Shown: positions 10,365 to 23,264, counted from the whole stretch's first letter. The stretch is 46,411 nucleotides of DNA, filler included, from Sphacelaria rigidula (GCA_964200075.2; 2 parts of 2 records of this genome joined end to end with filler, not necessarily neighbours in it), one strand, 5' to 3'. Numbers and translations are program-made. Notes: a model not told the origin generated them from the letters alone.

Positions 10365-13300
10365 CGCCTGTGCTGTAGCCGCCTTGGCAGTCTTCGTTAC
10401 TGTAAGTGCCGCAATTTTCAGCATCTTCTTTGCGGTTCGCCGCACCTGCGCACGAAGAACGAACAAACGCCAGCATACTCTTTTCGGGTGTGACAACTTC
10501 TCTCCCAGAAGTTGAGCCCCCCCCCAAAAAAAAGAAAAAAAAAAATTCAGTGGGGGATTTTAATGCAAGAGTGGGAAAAGCAGGTCAACCGGATGATTAA
10601 TTGGGGGATGATAAGAAGAGCACGAATGAGGTAGAAATGGTCAAGTTTCTCGGAAATAACGAGATGAAGACGCTGAACAATAGAGTACTAAAGCCAGAGG
10701 CGCATTGGACATGGGCTAGCAACCGCAAAGACGGGTGAGAATGCTGCGTTCTTGAATGGAGAGTGACAGCGAATGTCAACAAATGCGCGGTACTCGTCTA
10801 TAACGAAGATAAGAAAAATCTGGTAGAGTTTAAATGGAAGTGGGGAGAAGAGGAACTGCCGATCGTAGACCAGTGTACACACCTTGGTGTAGAGATCTCG
10901 AGGAACTGTTCTTGGGATGCACACATAAATGAAGTAATATAAATCGTAAGAAATAGATGGGAAGGATGGACGTGGTCCTCAGAGACTCTCATCTAGACGC
11001 TAGGATTGAGAGATGTATCCTGGTGAGCGTTTTTGTACCAAAGCTGGAATATACAGGAGAAGTATGGGAGGGGAACGTGAAGTTGGCGAATAAGTTGGAA
11101 ACAGAACAGATGGCAGCAGCTAAGAAAATACTTGGAAGCTCGAAAACGACGAGTAGTACAGCATTGAGAGCAGAGATGGGAATGTACTCACTCTAAACAA
11201 ATAGAGACATGAGAAAATTGAGGTGGCAGCATAGCGTGAAGAACACGCAGAGAAAGATATTCCCAGCTATAGTTGATGAGGTTGTATGGAAGAAAATTAC
11301 GAAAGGGCATGATGGAATAAGGTGGGATAAAAAAGTCTAGAAAGTATGGAAGGAAATATAAGGAAACGAAGACGAAATACTATCCAAAGGTGAAGGCGCG
11401 GGGTACAAGACAAAAGTAAGAGACGTGATGAAAATAAGGGGAAAAGGAGCACTCAGACGCAAAGTAGACGTGGAAGAACACCGGAAACTATACGGGGGGG
11501 TGAGAGAGAGGATTGGGATGAAAACACATCTGCATGGCCCCATGGACGCGGCGAACAAACTGAAACTACGATTTCGGGTGGGGGACTTGGATCTGCCAGA
11601 AAGAAGAAATGATATACCAGTCGTCGTGTCAAGGAGGAAGCAGATGCACAGAACTGCCTCTGTGGCAAAGCGATAGAGAGCAGAAGTCATATAGTTGCAG
11701 AATGTGAACTATCCAAGGACGAACGGGACGTGCTAGAGGGGGAAACGCGGCACGTGAGGTCGAAGGTGACATGGAATTATTTGATGCATTAGGCAGTAGC
11801 GAGAAAACAATGGTTACACTAGGAGATAGATGGTGGCCACAGACGGCGAAACAGCACGGGGATTAGACATGTAAGCGATTTTTGTGCAATGTATGGAAGA
11901 AACGCAATGAGCGCCGGAATGTTGAAGGTGTCTCTATCTGGAGTAGAAACGGTGCTCCGTCTCGAAAGGGATGCGTGGTCAATGGTCAAACGACTGAGGT
12001 AAGAAACAAATAAGTACGCCCCCCCCAAAGAAAATATAAAACGGAACTCAAAACTCTTCCTCTGTCAGATTTGTATGTCTGGATCGTCGTACTGTGTGTT
12101 ACCTTGTAGAATCGACGTGTTTCTCCTTTCGTCAGGTGTCTGATTCATTCGAAGCCGCATTCACATAAAATAGAAACGACACCTTCGACCCTGTCGTCGC
12201 GGCGCACGCTAGCGGTGACACGAGTGCAATCAACCTTATAGCGGGTGGAAAAAAAATCAACCGTGCAGTATGGGTATATTTTCTGCTAATTTTATATGAT
12301 CGTTTAGTAACTATCTGAAACAACGATGTGTTGTTAGTGCTCGTGCAGCTTACCGTGGCGGCGTCCAAGGTGCAGTCCATGCCTCGTACCGCCGCTCTCG
12401 TCGTCCGCAGGGTCGAATCCAACGCCCTTTTTCTGTCCCAGTAATCGCCACCTTGCTCATCCTGCTCTCTTTGGCGTCGAAGCTTGCTCTCATCCCTGAA
12501 TGACGCATACGTTCCGCGAAGTACAACAGTTGAACGACTTGAAGCAATGCAGATGGTATACCCGCGACAGGTCGGTATCCTCGGGTCAAGCTTTGACGCA
12601 ACACCCCCCCCCCGTAACCTCAATCGCACCCCCGGTGAACGCGCCGCAAAATGGTATCTCCACTTAGTTGCTCGCCGCACGCCGCACGCACAAACAGCGT
12701 GGATTTATATGCGAATGAAAAAGAGAAACGTGCATCGAATTGATCACCGTAACGGCTGCAAAAATGCGCTGTGGCAAGACCTCCCAATATGATATCCTCA
12801 TCTGCTCACCTTCTCCTTTTGTTGTTGTGGGTGCGGCGAGATGGCCGCGACGTTCCGGCGCCCGTGTCCCAACCCGGGAGGGTTTCCCCCCGCAATTTAC
12901 CGCGCGTATGGGTGGACAGATCAATTCCGTCAGGGCCCACTGCGGCAACACGACGATGAGGACTTTGCAGGTCATCGCTGTGCTCGTACAGCACCTCGTT
13001 CAACGTCTGCTCTTCATCGGGGACGGCTGTAAATATGTGTCCGACCTTGGTACTTTGCTTGCTGTCGTCGCTGATGTTGTCGCCGATGTTGTCGCTGAGA
13101 CGACATCCTCGACCAAGTTTCAATTTTTCTCGCTCAACTCCCGTTTCGGAAGATATCGGCTTTCTCTTTTTGCTGCTACTGGAAAGTGATTCAGCAGCAG
13201 TGTCTCCGTCCGGGGGAAAAGGCCCGCAAGACGCATCTTTGAAATGTGCGTCTCCTTCTTCTTCGTCTTCTTCCTCAGACAAATTTCCGGAAAAAGAAAA

Positions 13301-16300
13301 ATCTGAATCACACGACGGCGGTGACGATAATGATAACGACGATGGTGCCGTACATGCCGTAGACGCCGTAGAACTGTCATCTCCTCCGTCTCGATCTTCA
13401 TAGATCTCACCGTCCAGGGTTTGTATCGAGAACCTCAGGCGTTCTTCCACAGGGATAAGTTCAGACGCAGAAAAACGATCTCCTCGATCAGTTGATGCAC
13501 CCTGCAAATCGTTACAAGGACGAAAACGAACATTAGAGAGAGGGGAGCATTGTTGCGGGCGCCCTTTGTTTACAGAAGCATTTGGATTTCAACGACTCGC
13601 GCGTTCTGTGGGCGGTCCCATTCAACGACAAGCAAACCCGCCCGAATCTGATGACCAGTGCATCTAAAACAGAAATTGTACGAATGTATATTTCCCGGTA
13701 TCCACGTACAAAATAATACAGAGCAAGTCATTGACAACACACTACACGCCGAATCCAACCCAATATGTCCTCCTGGACTCCTGAAGAGGATAATTGATCA
13801 TTCAACGCAACATTAAAATGCATGTCGAAACGCGCTGTATACCCATGGCACCCACCGTACGCTGCTGGTCATGACAATGCTCATCTGTAGGTAAACATAT
13901 ATAGACCACGGACAAGCTTACGTCTGGCACAAATGCGTAGGCTTTCAATACCAACATAGGCTTCGTAGGCAAATCTTCAAACCTGACCGGGAATGCCGTC
14001 TCTCAAAACAACGAAGGAAACATGGCCAAAGCAAGTCCAAAATGCATCCAAATATCGTATTTTTACCGTAGCGTGTCCGTTCTTTCTTCAATCGAAACCC
14101 GAAAAAAATGTTGCGCAAAACATGTCATATATTCACGTGGTGCGCCCCTTCCGCCTCATCGTCCTCGTCTTCCTGGCACCACATCATGTTGGTCAGCCGC
14201 AGTGTGGAAGGGTATCTAATCAGTTCCTCAGGTGCTGTCTCGGGCGCAGTGGACGCAGAAGTTGAGGGCACCACGAGCGCCAGAAGGCTATCAATATCCA
14301 CCGCGGAAGGAGAAGAGCCTTCCGGCCGCCGCGACTTGTGTGTAATATACGATTTTTTTATGGAGAAATGGTGAGGGGGGGCAGAATCGGAGCAGCGTGC
14401 ATGGGTGCCAGATGCGGGAGAGGTGACTGGGAGGGGGGGCGGAGAGACATATTTCGTGCATCTTAATAACCTTCAGAATCGTGGCACACGAGCGGTTGTA
14501 CACGACAGGCGTGGAATACTTCCGTGGTATCGAGCGTTAATGGGAAACTGTAGACAGAGGACGATACTCTCGTGGATGAGAACAACATTTGGGAATACTA
14601 CGCGGGCCGCAAAAATGGGGGATACAGCACGCCCTCACCACAACCCCGTGCCATTTCTATATGCGATATCTTAAGGAAGTACGATGCAGACTTGATAACC
14701 CACACGCTGCAACCTTTGAGACTGTGAACAAAGAGTGAGCAGGAAGTCTTCACCGCCAACCGGTGAAACCGACGACCGCTGGAAGCTCCTCTCGCTAATA
14801 GAAATACCACAAAGTAGAGGGGTGATGCAGACATGCCTACAAAAGGGGACAACCGAATCTTCCAACAAGACTCCGCAGAGGACAGAATACATTTGGGCGT
14901 GAGTAACGAACACAAGCTTAGAAAAATATGCCTGATTCAGACATGTGAAGAAATCTTACGTCTTCCTCCTCTTCGACTTCGACTTCCGACGGCAGCCAAG
15001 GCTCCCGCGCAAAAACGCGCTTGACAAGCCCCAACCTCAACCCGGCCGCGGTCACCACGCGAACCCTAGCCGCCGCCCGCTCCCTCAGCTCAGCAGAGTC
15101 ACAGACAACCGGCGCAAACCGATCTTGCATTATTGACAGCGTGAAAGGTCGGGAGTCCGATGATACGGCTTCCGGTTGATCGATGATGGAAGTATCTGCA
15201 CTCTCTCCGCGGTTTTGTCTCGTGAAAGCTTCGGAATGATAAGTGTTCTGGTGGGTGTGATGTATAACGAGGAGGGGGAGGGGGGGTCGGTCGGGGCATA
15301 ACTGAACACCATGCTTGAATGTTCTTTGAAGGAATGGGCATTTGAAAAGCGTTTTGTGCTACAATATGAAAGACTCGCACGAGTTCCAGGGATTACGTCA
15401 CGTCCCTAGATGGTGGCGCGCAGCACGGTCATGTCTTGTACCGCGTCATCGCAGACGCATTGAAAGGCAAACACTGTTGGTAACTGTTTGGAAAATTTGC
15501 GTTGTTATTGCTGCCGACAAGTGTGGTGTTTTTCTACGGGGAATGAAGCACGCGCAACAATATTCTTGTGAGTACGAGAGTCTAGCGTTGGTTGAGGCTG
15601 GGCTTGTTATTCGCTTCAACTTGACCAATTTTTTATTTTTGTTGGTACTTTTCTTTGCCTGTAACTCTGTCCTGTGCTCGCAGCTACACGTCGATATCCT
15701 ACGCAGGAATATCAAAGGCTTCCGTGGCAAGCTACCACAGGAAGCGTATCGGGCCTCGTATAAGGCCCGGAGGAGCATTTCGGAACTGAAGCTATCTCAT
15801 TCATTGTATTTTCCGCTTTTCACTCAACGGTCCCCTCGATTCTCCATGTGTTCTTAGAAACTCAAAACTATCTGAGCTCGACAGAGCACGTGCGACATTC
15901 TTGGACGCGACGTTTTCATGGGTACTGCGGAGATACAGGTTGGTCTCTCTCTTTCTTGCTCTGTCTCTGTCTCTGTCTCTGTCTCTGCCTCTGTCTCTTA
16001 ACACGGAAAGACAAACACGAATGGATGAATACATACTTGACGAGGACCCACCTCTCGGGCCGCTAGTGTGGAGAGCATCCCGTCCAGCTCTTGACGACAT
16101 GCAAAAATATCACGAACAATGGCGAGACCCGCCGACTGGGCAGGAAGTGAACCGCCCCACAGCCGCTTCAGCTGTGCGGGCAGTGAGTCCCCACTGTGCC
16201 CCGAGCAATCGTCCTCGCCACCGTCTTCCTGCGGTCGCCGTCGTCGTCGTCGTCGTTGTTGTTGTTGTTGTTGCGTGTCTAGCGCCCCCTCACCACCCTC

Positions 16301-16879
16301 TTTCCCAGTACCCGTGTCTACTTGGCCACGTTCACTATTGTTGGCATCACAATTGCCATCGTTGCCATGAAGACATGATGCCCCGCTTGACCCATCCACT
16401 GCCAGGGTCGACGAACCGTCAGATCCTAGGGGAGGCTGCGCGCTCTCCTTCTGCAAAGTATTCCGCCGTGAGGCCTCGGTATCCAACGACGTGTTTGTGC
16501 CATTCGGCCCAGCGTTTCCCTCGGATTCTGCTGTAGTGTCCCCGCAAGGTGTTGGATTGTTGTACCTGCTAAATCTGACCTCGCGGCCATCGTCACTGAG
16601 ATCAATGTGTTCCAGTAGTTGTGCATCCTCCACTGATTCGCTTCTGCCGGCGGCACTGCTGCCGCCGTCGATGGACGAATGGTTATCCACCAGTTCGCCT
16701 GTCCCATCTTCCTCGTTCAAGTCAGCAAGGTTGCCGACAGCCCCTCGACGTACCCCCGGCGACTTGTCATGTCCTGCTGTGGTTTCTTCCGACGATGTGC
16801 CCGCGCTAGCAGTCATATCGCGTGTCTCACTCCCGTATTCGCCCACTTTCCCGGTCTCATCCCGAGCAGGTGAGTTCAT
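10365..16879 (-). CDS. Putative multi-exon gene for an acidic low-complexity protein of unknown function
   Basis: Start in GCCACCATG context at 16879. Candidate exons are 16879-16037, 15123-14960, 14334-14137, 13501-12810, 12495-12354, 12139-12103 and 10445-10365, all with AG/GT boundaries. Phases join consistently from 15123 down to 10365. The first junction (phase 0 out, phase 1 in) needs an unidentified exon, probably near 15.65-15.8 kb. No recognisable domain; 3' end uncertain. Confidence 0.55.
10550..12026 (+). mobile_element. Degenerate non-LTR retrotransposon (LINE), internally deleted; lies in an intron of the - strand gene
   Basis: APE endonuclease motif VGDFNARVG at 10550; post-RT region (LGVEISRNCSWDAHI, VPKLEYTGEVW, AAKKILG, ALRAEMG); C-terminal Cys/His motif NCLCGKAIESRSHIVAEC; ends in a poly-C tract; many stops. 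Confidence 0.85.
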
Positions 16880-19095
16880 GGTGGCCGTGATGCTGTATGA
16901 CAGACTTCCAGGTATCCAAAAATAGTTGGGGCTACCCGAAAGGTGCTGGGCTGTACTCCACAAGTTCTCTATCAGTACAAAAGATATGCCAGATGCCGTG
17001 AAGATGTGGTGTACGTTGAAGGTACTGTATCACAACAGATGCCAAACCCTGCCTCTCTCGTAGTGGTTTCTAAACTCCAGCCTCTCGGGAAATCTTGAGG
17101 CCAGAGAGGATAAAAGCGCTGTTATGAGTCGGTTTCGTTCTCTGGACCTATTCAAGCCCCTGTTGGCTGCTACGCGATCTAGGCTACTCTTGCCTGAAAG
17201 TCGAGATGCCACGCATAAGCTCTGCCGTAATCCACGCTACGGATCCCACCCTCTGTGCTCTGTGCTGTGCTGCTCTTCATCCGTAGATTGACCCCAAACA
17301 TACCGAACAAAGCACCATGAGCTGTAGCACACGAGCCCGTGGGAGGTGGTGGCTACAAAATGTAGCTGGAGCCACAATTATCAAAGTCCTGCTAACGGTA
17401 TGCCCGAATACCATCGGCGGTGGCCAAATGTTGTCGGACGCTTTTGTCGCTGTAGCACCGCAGCACCATGGTGTCAACCGTGCTCACAGCAGATCCTGCC
17501 GAACAACAGCGACTGATGTTGATCATGCAGGCGGTTCGCACTTCACAAGCGGGATCCGGAGTTCGCTGCTGGACAACGATCTGCGCCGGCATCGAAGAGA
17601 CGTGGGTGCGGTGTGTTGCGACTCGGATTTGTTGTAGCGGCTGCACGGTGGCAAGCCGCTGATCATGTTCTTTGTGCATACGAGTACTGCAAGCAGCGTG
17701 TGCTGCACATGTACCCAGAGTGACTATGCACGTGTTTGCTACAATCCGTGTGACCAAGGATTACAGTAGGCTGTGCAACCTTCCGTCTGCCTCTGTTGGT
17801 GGGCTCTCTTATGTCAATGAGGCTGGATAGACGAATACCGCGGTGTTGGGTAGAGTTCCACGAAGATGCCACTCAACAACTCAAACAATAACTGTTCCGA
17901 AATCTCATCCAACAAGGCGACTCGTGTTCGTTCGCTACTCTACTGTACAGTCTGTATATAAGTGTTCAAGTGCTGTGCGGTCTCGTTTGGATATTAGATA
18001 CATTTGATGGAGATTTTTTTGCAGAGGATTTGTCACCTTTTCCCGAAAGTTCGAGAATCGGGTGGCGTGGTGGAAGAAGCATGCCGATCAGAGCACAACT
18101 CTCACGATTTGTGTTCGTGAGGTAGTACAGCGTATTATCCCGTTTTTCGGGAGTGTTTTTGACCGCATTTAGTCCCCAAACACGTTATTCGGCTGCAGTA
18201 CAATGGACAAGCGATAGCTGAGAATTTAGAGTCCGGGCCATGAATGAAAAATAGTGGGGCTGTAAGCTAGACCAGTTTATATTGTTGGTTAAACTGGAGC
18301 TGGAGTTAAACTGGAACTGGGGACGAGAGCGCCAGTTTATCCAGTTTATTTGAGGTTTACCTTTACGGGCTGTTTTTATACCATTTGTAGTATAATTTGA
18401 AAAAAAAAAAGCTCACCCCATTATATACAATTTGACCGTAAAATTGAGGCCTGCACTTTACAGTTGTTGAGGAATACGGGGTACCGATTGAGGCGGAGGC
18501 CGCTTCGAAGTCGTCGACGGAAATTTTCTGCGTCAATGGCGTGTGAAGCAGCAGTACACACGGTCATGCTTCGTCTTCCGTGTTTCAGTCGACTTGTACA
18601 GCATAGGTCTGGCGTTCTGTGGTAATACCATAGCACACGAAGAACGGGTTTGCCCTGGGGCAGTCACTACTTGACTACATTAATTGTTTTCAATGTTTTT
18701 TTTGGCCTGTCTGCTTCGTTGGTTCCTCGTGGTTCGGCAGTTTTCCGTCTTTTTCGGCCGCAGCGTGTAGGTCGACGGCTAGTCCATCGCGTGCGAAAAA
18801 TGAAGAAAGAAAAATGAGTTGTGGCTTGTATACGGCGGGATGCTTGATGCAGAGCTGCCGAACGCCAAACCCCAACTGACAATCGCCGCTTGCACTATGA
18901 AAAGCGTTTTGCACATGATACAGCACATGCTTGCTACGCCTCGAATTAATATAGCGGATATTTACATGCCAAGGTTTGTCGTTTCATTGCACGGCATACG
19001 AACACAAACGCAACAAACGGTAACCCGCGACCACGAAATACGAAATACCCCATGCTATTCAACTACATGCGTGTTTGTCGGCTCCGACGTGAACA

Positions 19096-19774
19096 TTTTT
19101 GCACTCTCATCCCCACGTGCTGCAAGCCTTGGCTTCCTTTTTTCCCCTCCTCTACTCCTCACGGAGAGTCTCTGCTGATGCATGCTACAGACGAATGATT
19201 TTCGAATCGCTCACCGCTTTGGATGCAATTTGAATGTCATCAAAGCCTCTCATCTCCTCGATGTGAGGGATCACATTTTTTACGACATCCATATTTTTGA
19301 AGAGAAAACAAGCCGAATACCGCAACCTTTCTTGCCTCCGGCGGCGCTCCCGCGAGGCCACCACCCGGAGGGAGCGTAGGGGCTCGCGGCTTCGCCGCTC
19401 GCTGCCGATGTTTATCCGGTTCATCGGCGAACCCGATAGACTGGAGAAACATCGATGTACCGGCCGCGCCGCCGAAGCCGCGAGCAGCGAGCCGCAAGCG
19501 GCCCCTCCCTGGTGAGGGGGCCTCGCGAGAGTGCCGCCGGAGGCGAGGAAACTTGCGTTGTTTGGCTTCTTTTTCCTTCAGAAATGTTGAAATTGCAGAA
19601 AATGTGACCCCTCACATTCAGGAGCTAAAGTCTTCGATGACATTCACATCCCATTTGAGCGGTGAGTGATTCGAGAATTATTCATCTGTAATATGCAGCA
19701 GAAGACTCTCCGTAAGGAGAGGAGGATGCAAACAAGCCAAGGCTGGCAGCACGCGGGGATAAGGTATGCTAAAT
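19096..19774. repeat. Imperfect palindrome of about 680 bp
   Basis: 19096-19425 is the reverse complement of 19435-19774 (for example ACGGAGAGTC/GACTCTCCGT, GCCTCCGGCGGC/GCCGCCGGAGGC, CTCGCGGCTTCG/CGAAGCCGCGAG). Confidence 0.9.
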
Positions 19775-20313
19775 AAAAAGAAAAGTAGCCTTCATTTGTT
19801 ATTTGGGGGAGGTTCGAGGGTTCTCGTAAAAAAAAGGTCGTTAACATACTAAAACGCCGTAAACCAGTAGAAAAAACACGATTCATTTTTTTGTTCATTA
19901 TGCCGTAGCGAGGTCGCACACAAAATTTCAATACGCAAAGACCAAACGTGGGCCGATAAGTGGCCTGCAAAATACTGTTCCGAATTTTACCGACCCGGTT
20001 TTTAAATGGCTCATTCGCAATTCAATACTTGAAGTCGGATCCTACAATTTGGCACGGACAATCAATAGGGCATAGAGAAAAAGTAATGCGTGGACTCAAG
20101 GATTTTTTTTTTTAATTAGTTGGAGGCAATAATCAGTTTTCAGGTTTCAGTGAAACGCCGTTGAATAATGAAAAAAAAAACTTGAGGTCCACGCATGCCC
20201 TTTTTTTTTATGCCGTACCGATCGTCCATACCAAATTTGACGGCCCGACTCTGAGTGTCACATTGCAAATGGACCCGCAAACTCCAAATCCTCTTCTAGG
20301 CTGGCCCCGGTCG
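19762..20313 (+). mobile_element. Right portion of a mariner-like MITE, same family as 44595-45780
   Basis: Colinear with about 45232-45780, including the exact block CGTGGGCCGATAAGTGGCCTGCAAAATACTGTTC; ends GGCTGGCCCCGGTCG followed by TA. Confidence 0.8.
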
Positions 20314-21115
20314 TACCACGAAAACTGTCTGTACTTGTACTGCTGTCAGGTGCAGGCCCCACTTCTACTGCCATTTTGTTCGTACTAATGTGAGTATCTT
20401 CGTTATAAACTCATCATATTAAAATTGGTATAAACATAGCCGGTAACGGCCATAAACTTCAAATCAAGTGGATAAACTGGAGTCCTCATCACCCGTTCCA
20501 GTTAAACTCCAGTTGCACTTCAATCGCCAGTACAAACTGGTCCAGCTCACAGCCCTATAAAAAATAGTGTGTGCTAAATGAAAACAATACTGCACCGCAG
20601 AACCATGCGCCGATGGTGAAACTCGATGGCTACCCACCCACGACCACTCTCAATCAAGGCTCGCGTACTGGAAATGTACGCTTTGCAGCCATTAACCCTT
20701 CAGAGCCCCGTGTTATTTCTACAGGACTGCTTTGCTGACGTGTTTTTTCCCCCGGTGGTGCTTCACTTACCACTGAAGCAAAGGGTGGAGCGATCAAGTG
20801 GCCGGCGCCCTGTAACGGGCGATTGGTTTTTCGGTCGTGGAGAAAAAGCGTGCCGAGGGAAGAACAGGCCCCTCTACTGTCATCAAGGAAATACACAAAA
20901 AGAGACAAACTAGACATGGATTTCGTGTTTGCACGTCCTGGATCATTCTGGGGTCAGCATGGCTTGATGTTTGGCGAGAAAACGCGTTAAAACAATTGTG
21001 CGATGACTCACTATTTCGATTTCGAGTAGGGAAGCCCTGCGCAGAACCCCAGAAAACTACCCATCCCCTCCATAAATAAAACGTGCCCGCTGCCCCCACG
21101 TTAATACGCAGTTAA

Positions 21116-21213
21116 CCCTTAGACCGCGAGATTAGTCTTTCTGGATCATGCATACTTTTTTTCACTTGAAATTGATGCCGATTCAACAGAGGACTAACCT
21201 CGCGGTCTAAGGG
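21116..21213. mobile_element. piggyBac-type MITE (98 bp)
   Basis: TTAA|CCCTTAGACCGCGAG...CTCGCGGTCTAAGGG|TTAA; TTAA TSD and CCC/GGG termini. Confidence 0.9.
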
Positions 21214-21790
21214 TTAAGAGATCAGGTGAACTGAGGGTGCGCGACAACTGCAATAAATGGAAATGGCAGAGGCTACCACTCTTTCTCAGCCCCTTCAGCG
21301 ATGGTTGGCAGCAGCGTGAAGTGACCGGGGGCAAAAACTGCCAGTAACTCCTGTACAAAAACTTATTACTATTAACAGTGCAAAAATGGATTCCGTTGGC
21401 GCATCTCGCGGCATATATAATGTCCGGTACTATGCTGCACTTGATGCTTGTGGTTGGCGATCAACCCCCACGACACGTCGTTGCTACGCTGACTACGAGC
21501 TGGGAGTCACGTAAGTCGGTAACAGGGTTTGATACAAGTGGGTATACAGTATATAGAATCATTCTCCTGTGCTGTGCCATGCCATGCGCTGCTGCGCTGT
21601 GCTCGATTATCACTGTGATGTACTGCTGTGTAGTACTAACTTTGACTGTACTGCTGCATTGTTGACTATGGCCGTTGGCGTACTCTGTGTGCGTGGGCTG
21701 GACTCTCATGACTTCGTGCGTGGTTGATTTTGATCAAGTACGTCATTCTCTGCACTGACGATCAACCAGCTCACGTAGAGCTCTGAGTCA

Positions 21791-22760
21791 CCGTAATTGT
21801 GCGAGTCATCGCACATGCCGGAGTCATCGCACCCCTGTGCGTTAATTTTTCAAGTGCGAAATCATTTGAGTCATTTTCCGCACAGGTGTCGGAGCCATCG
21901 CACCTCTTTGCGATGACTCCGATATTGGTGCCACCTTCGAGCCTGAGGTTGAATGCTGCGGCGTGTGGCCCCAGGACAAAAAATCTGCCACAATCCGTTT
22001 GTCTCGCGGTTGCAACCGGGGCTCACCGCTGTTTGCATGAGGTGTAAATATATAAAACCTTTTTTTACTGTCGAGTTATTAATTTTAAACGGCGACCGCA
22101 CTCAAAAATAAAAAGGACCACACTACCGGACATTCACACCTCTCGGCTCTCGGGTGATTTTTGTCGGAATTCACCGCTTTTGCCCTATTGCGCCGCTTTT
22201 TTTCCGGTTGGGTGTCTGGGTGTCGTGTGTGCTCTGGATGCGATGCTGGTACGAACAGCAGGAAGGTTTCCCTTAGACTTACACACAGGTAGTACTTTGC
22301 CTATCAGTGTCTCCGCTAGGGGTTTGTGCTGAATCGCACATGGTGGAGTTATCGCACAGGGATGAGGTTCAAAAGGTGCGCCACCAGTACAGCAGTGGAC
22401 GGTGTGGTTTGCTCCGTATCGCACATGTCGGAGTTACCGCACAGGGGGTTTGCGTTCACACCACAGCATGGCAGGGTGTTTGATTTTGTCAGAATTGCAC
22501 ATGTCGGAGTCACCGCACAGGGGTGTGCGTTTACAACAGAGCATGGCAGGGTGTTTGATTTGTTCAGAATCGCACATGTCGAAATTATCGCACAGGGGTG
22601 TGCGTCAGAATGGGAAATCAAATGGTTTCGTTCATTTTCCGCACAGGGGTCGGAGTCATCGCACATGTCGGAGTCATCGCACCCCTGTGCGATAAAAATC
22701 AAAGATAGAAATCATTTTAAAATCGATCGCACAGGGGTGCGATGACTCGCACAATTACGG
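21791..22760. mobile_element. Tc1/mariner (pogo-like) non-autonomous element
   Basis: Perfect 24-bp TIR CCGTAATTGTGCGAGTCATCGCAC; TA on the right, CA on the left; many subterminal CGCACATG/CGCACAGGGG repeats. Confidence 0.85.
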
Positions 22761-23164
22761 TAGTCCCTACTCAGCTACCCGCACATATGGCTTGTTTCGA
22801 TGAGAATCCATCCGACATTTCTGGAGCTACGGCAATCCGCATCGGCGCCAGCGTTACGGCTGAAACTAGAACTGTCTTCTGTATGCGAAGATCAACTTAG
22901 GCATCTTAAACGTACTGCAACTAGTAGACAGTGTTGTTGTAACTGCGTTACCTTTGAACCCATGCGCATAAAAGGTTCCACGCGACCTCTCACGACTTCT
23001 TCAGCAGCTCGAAACTAGGGGTTGGTCGCCAAATCCCTGTGGTTCACAGTGTTTGCCACATATCTCGTTGCTCTTGCGTCAATGGGTTTCGAGGGAGAAC
23101 AAGGGTGTACTCATGATCATGCATGCCATAGTCATGAGACCATTGACCTCGCATCCCCACAAAG

Positions 23165-23264
23165 NNNNNNNNNNNNNNNNNNNNNNNNNNNNNNNNNNNN
23201 NNNNNNNNTTAATTAATTAANNNNNNNNNNNNNNNNNNNNNNNNNNNNNNNNNNNNNNNNNNNN
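23165..23264. other. Assembly gap or scaffolding spacer
   Basis: 44 N + TTAATTAATTAA + 44 N, exactly 100 bp. Confidence 0.97.

Larger units (their letters stand above)
18257..20559. mobile_element. Non-autonomous long-TIR element with nested inverted repeats
   Basis: About 210-bp imperfect TIRs (GGGCTGTAAGCTAGACCAGTTT... / ...AAACTGGTCCAGCTCACAGCCC); AAAAATAGTG duplicated at 18247-18256 and 20560-20569. Confidence 0.75.

Noticed and set aside
23165..23264. TTAATTAATTAA palindrome between N runs
   Set aside because: It is a symmetric 100-bp artificial spacer with stops in all six frames, not biological. Contiguity across it is not guaranteed.
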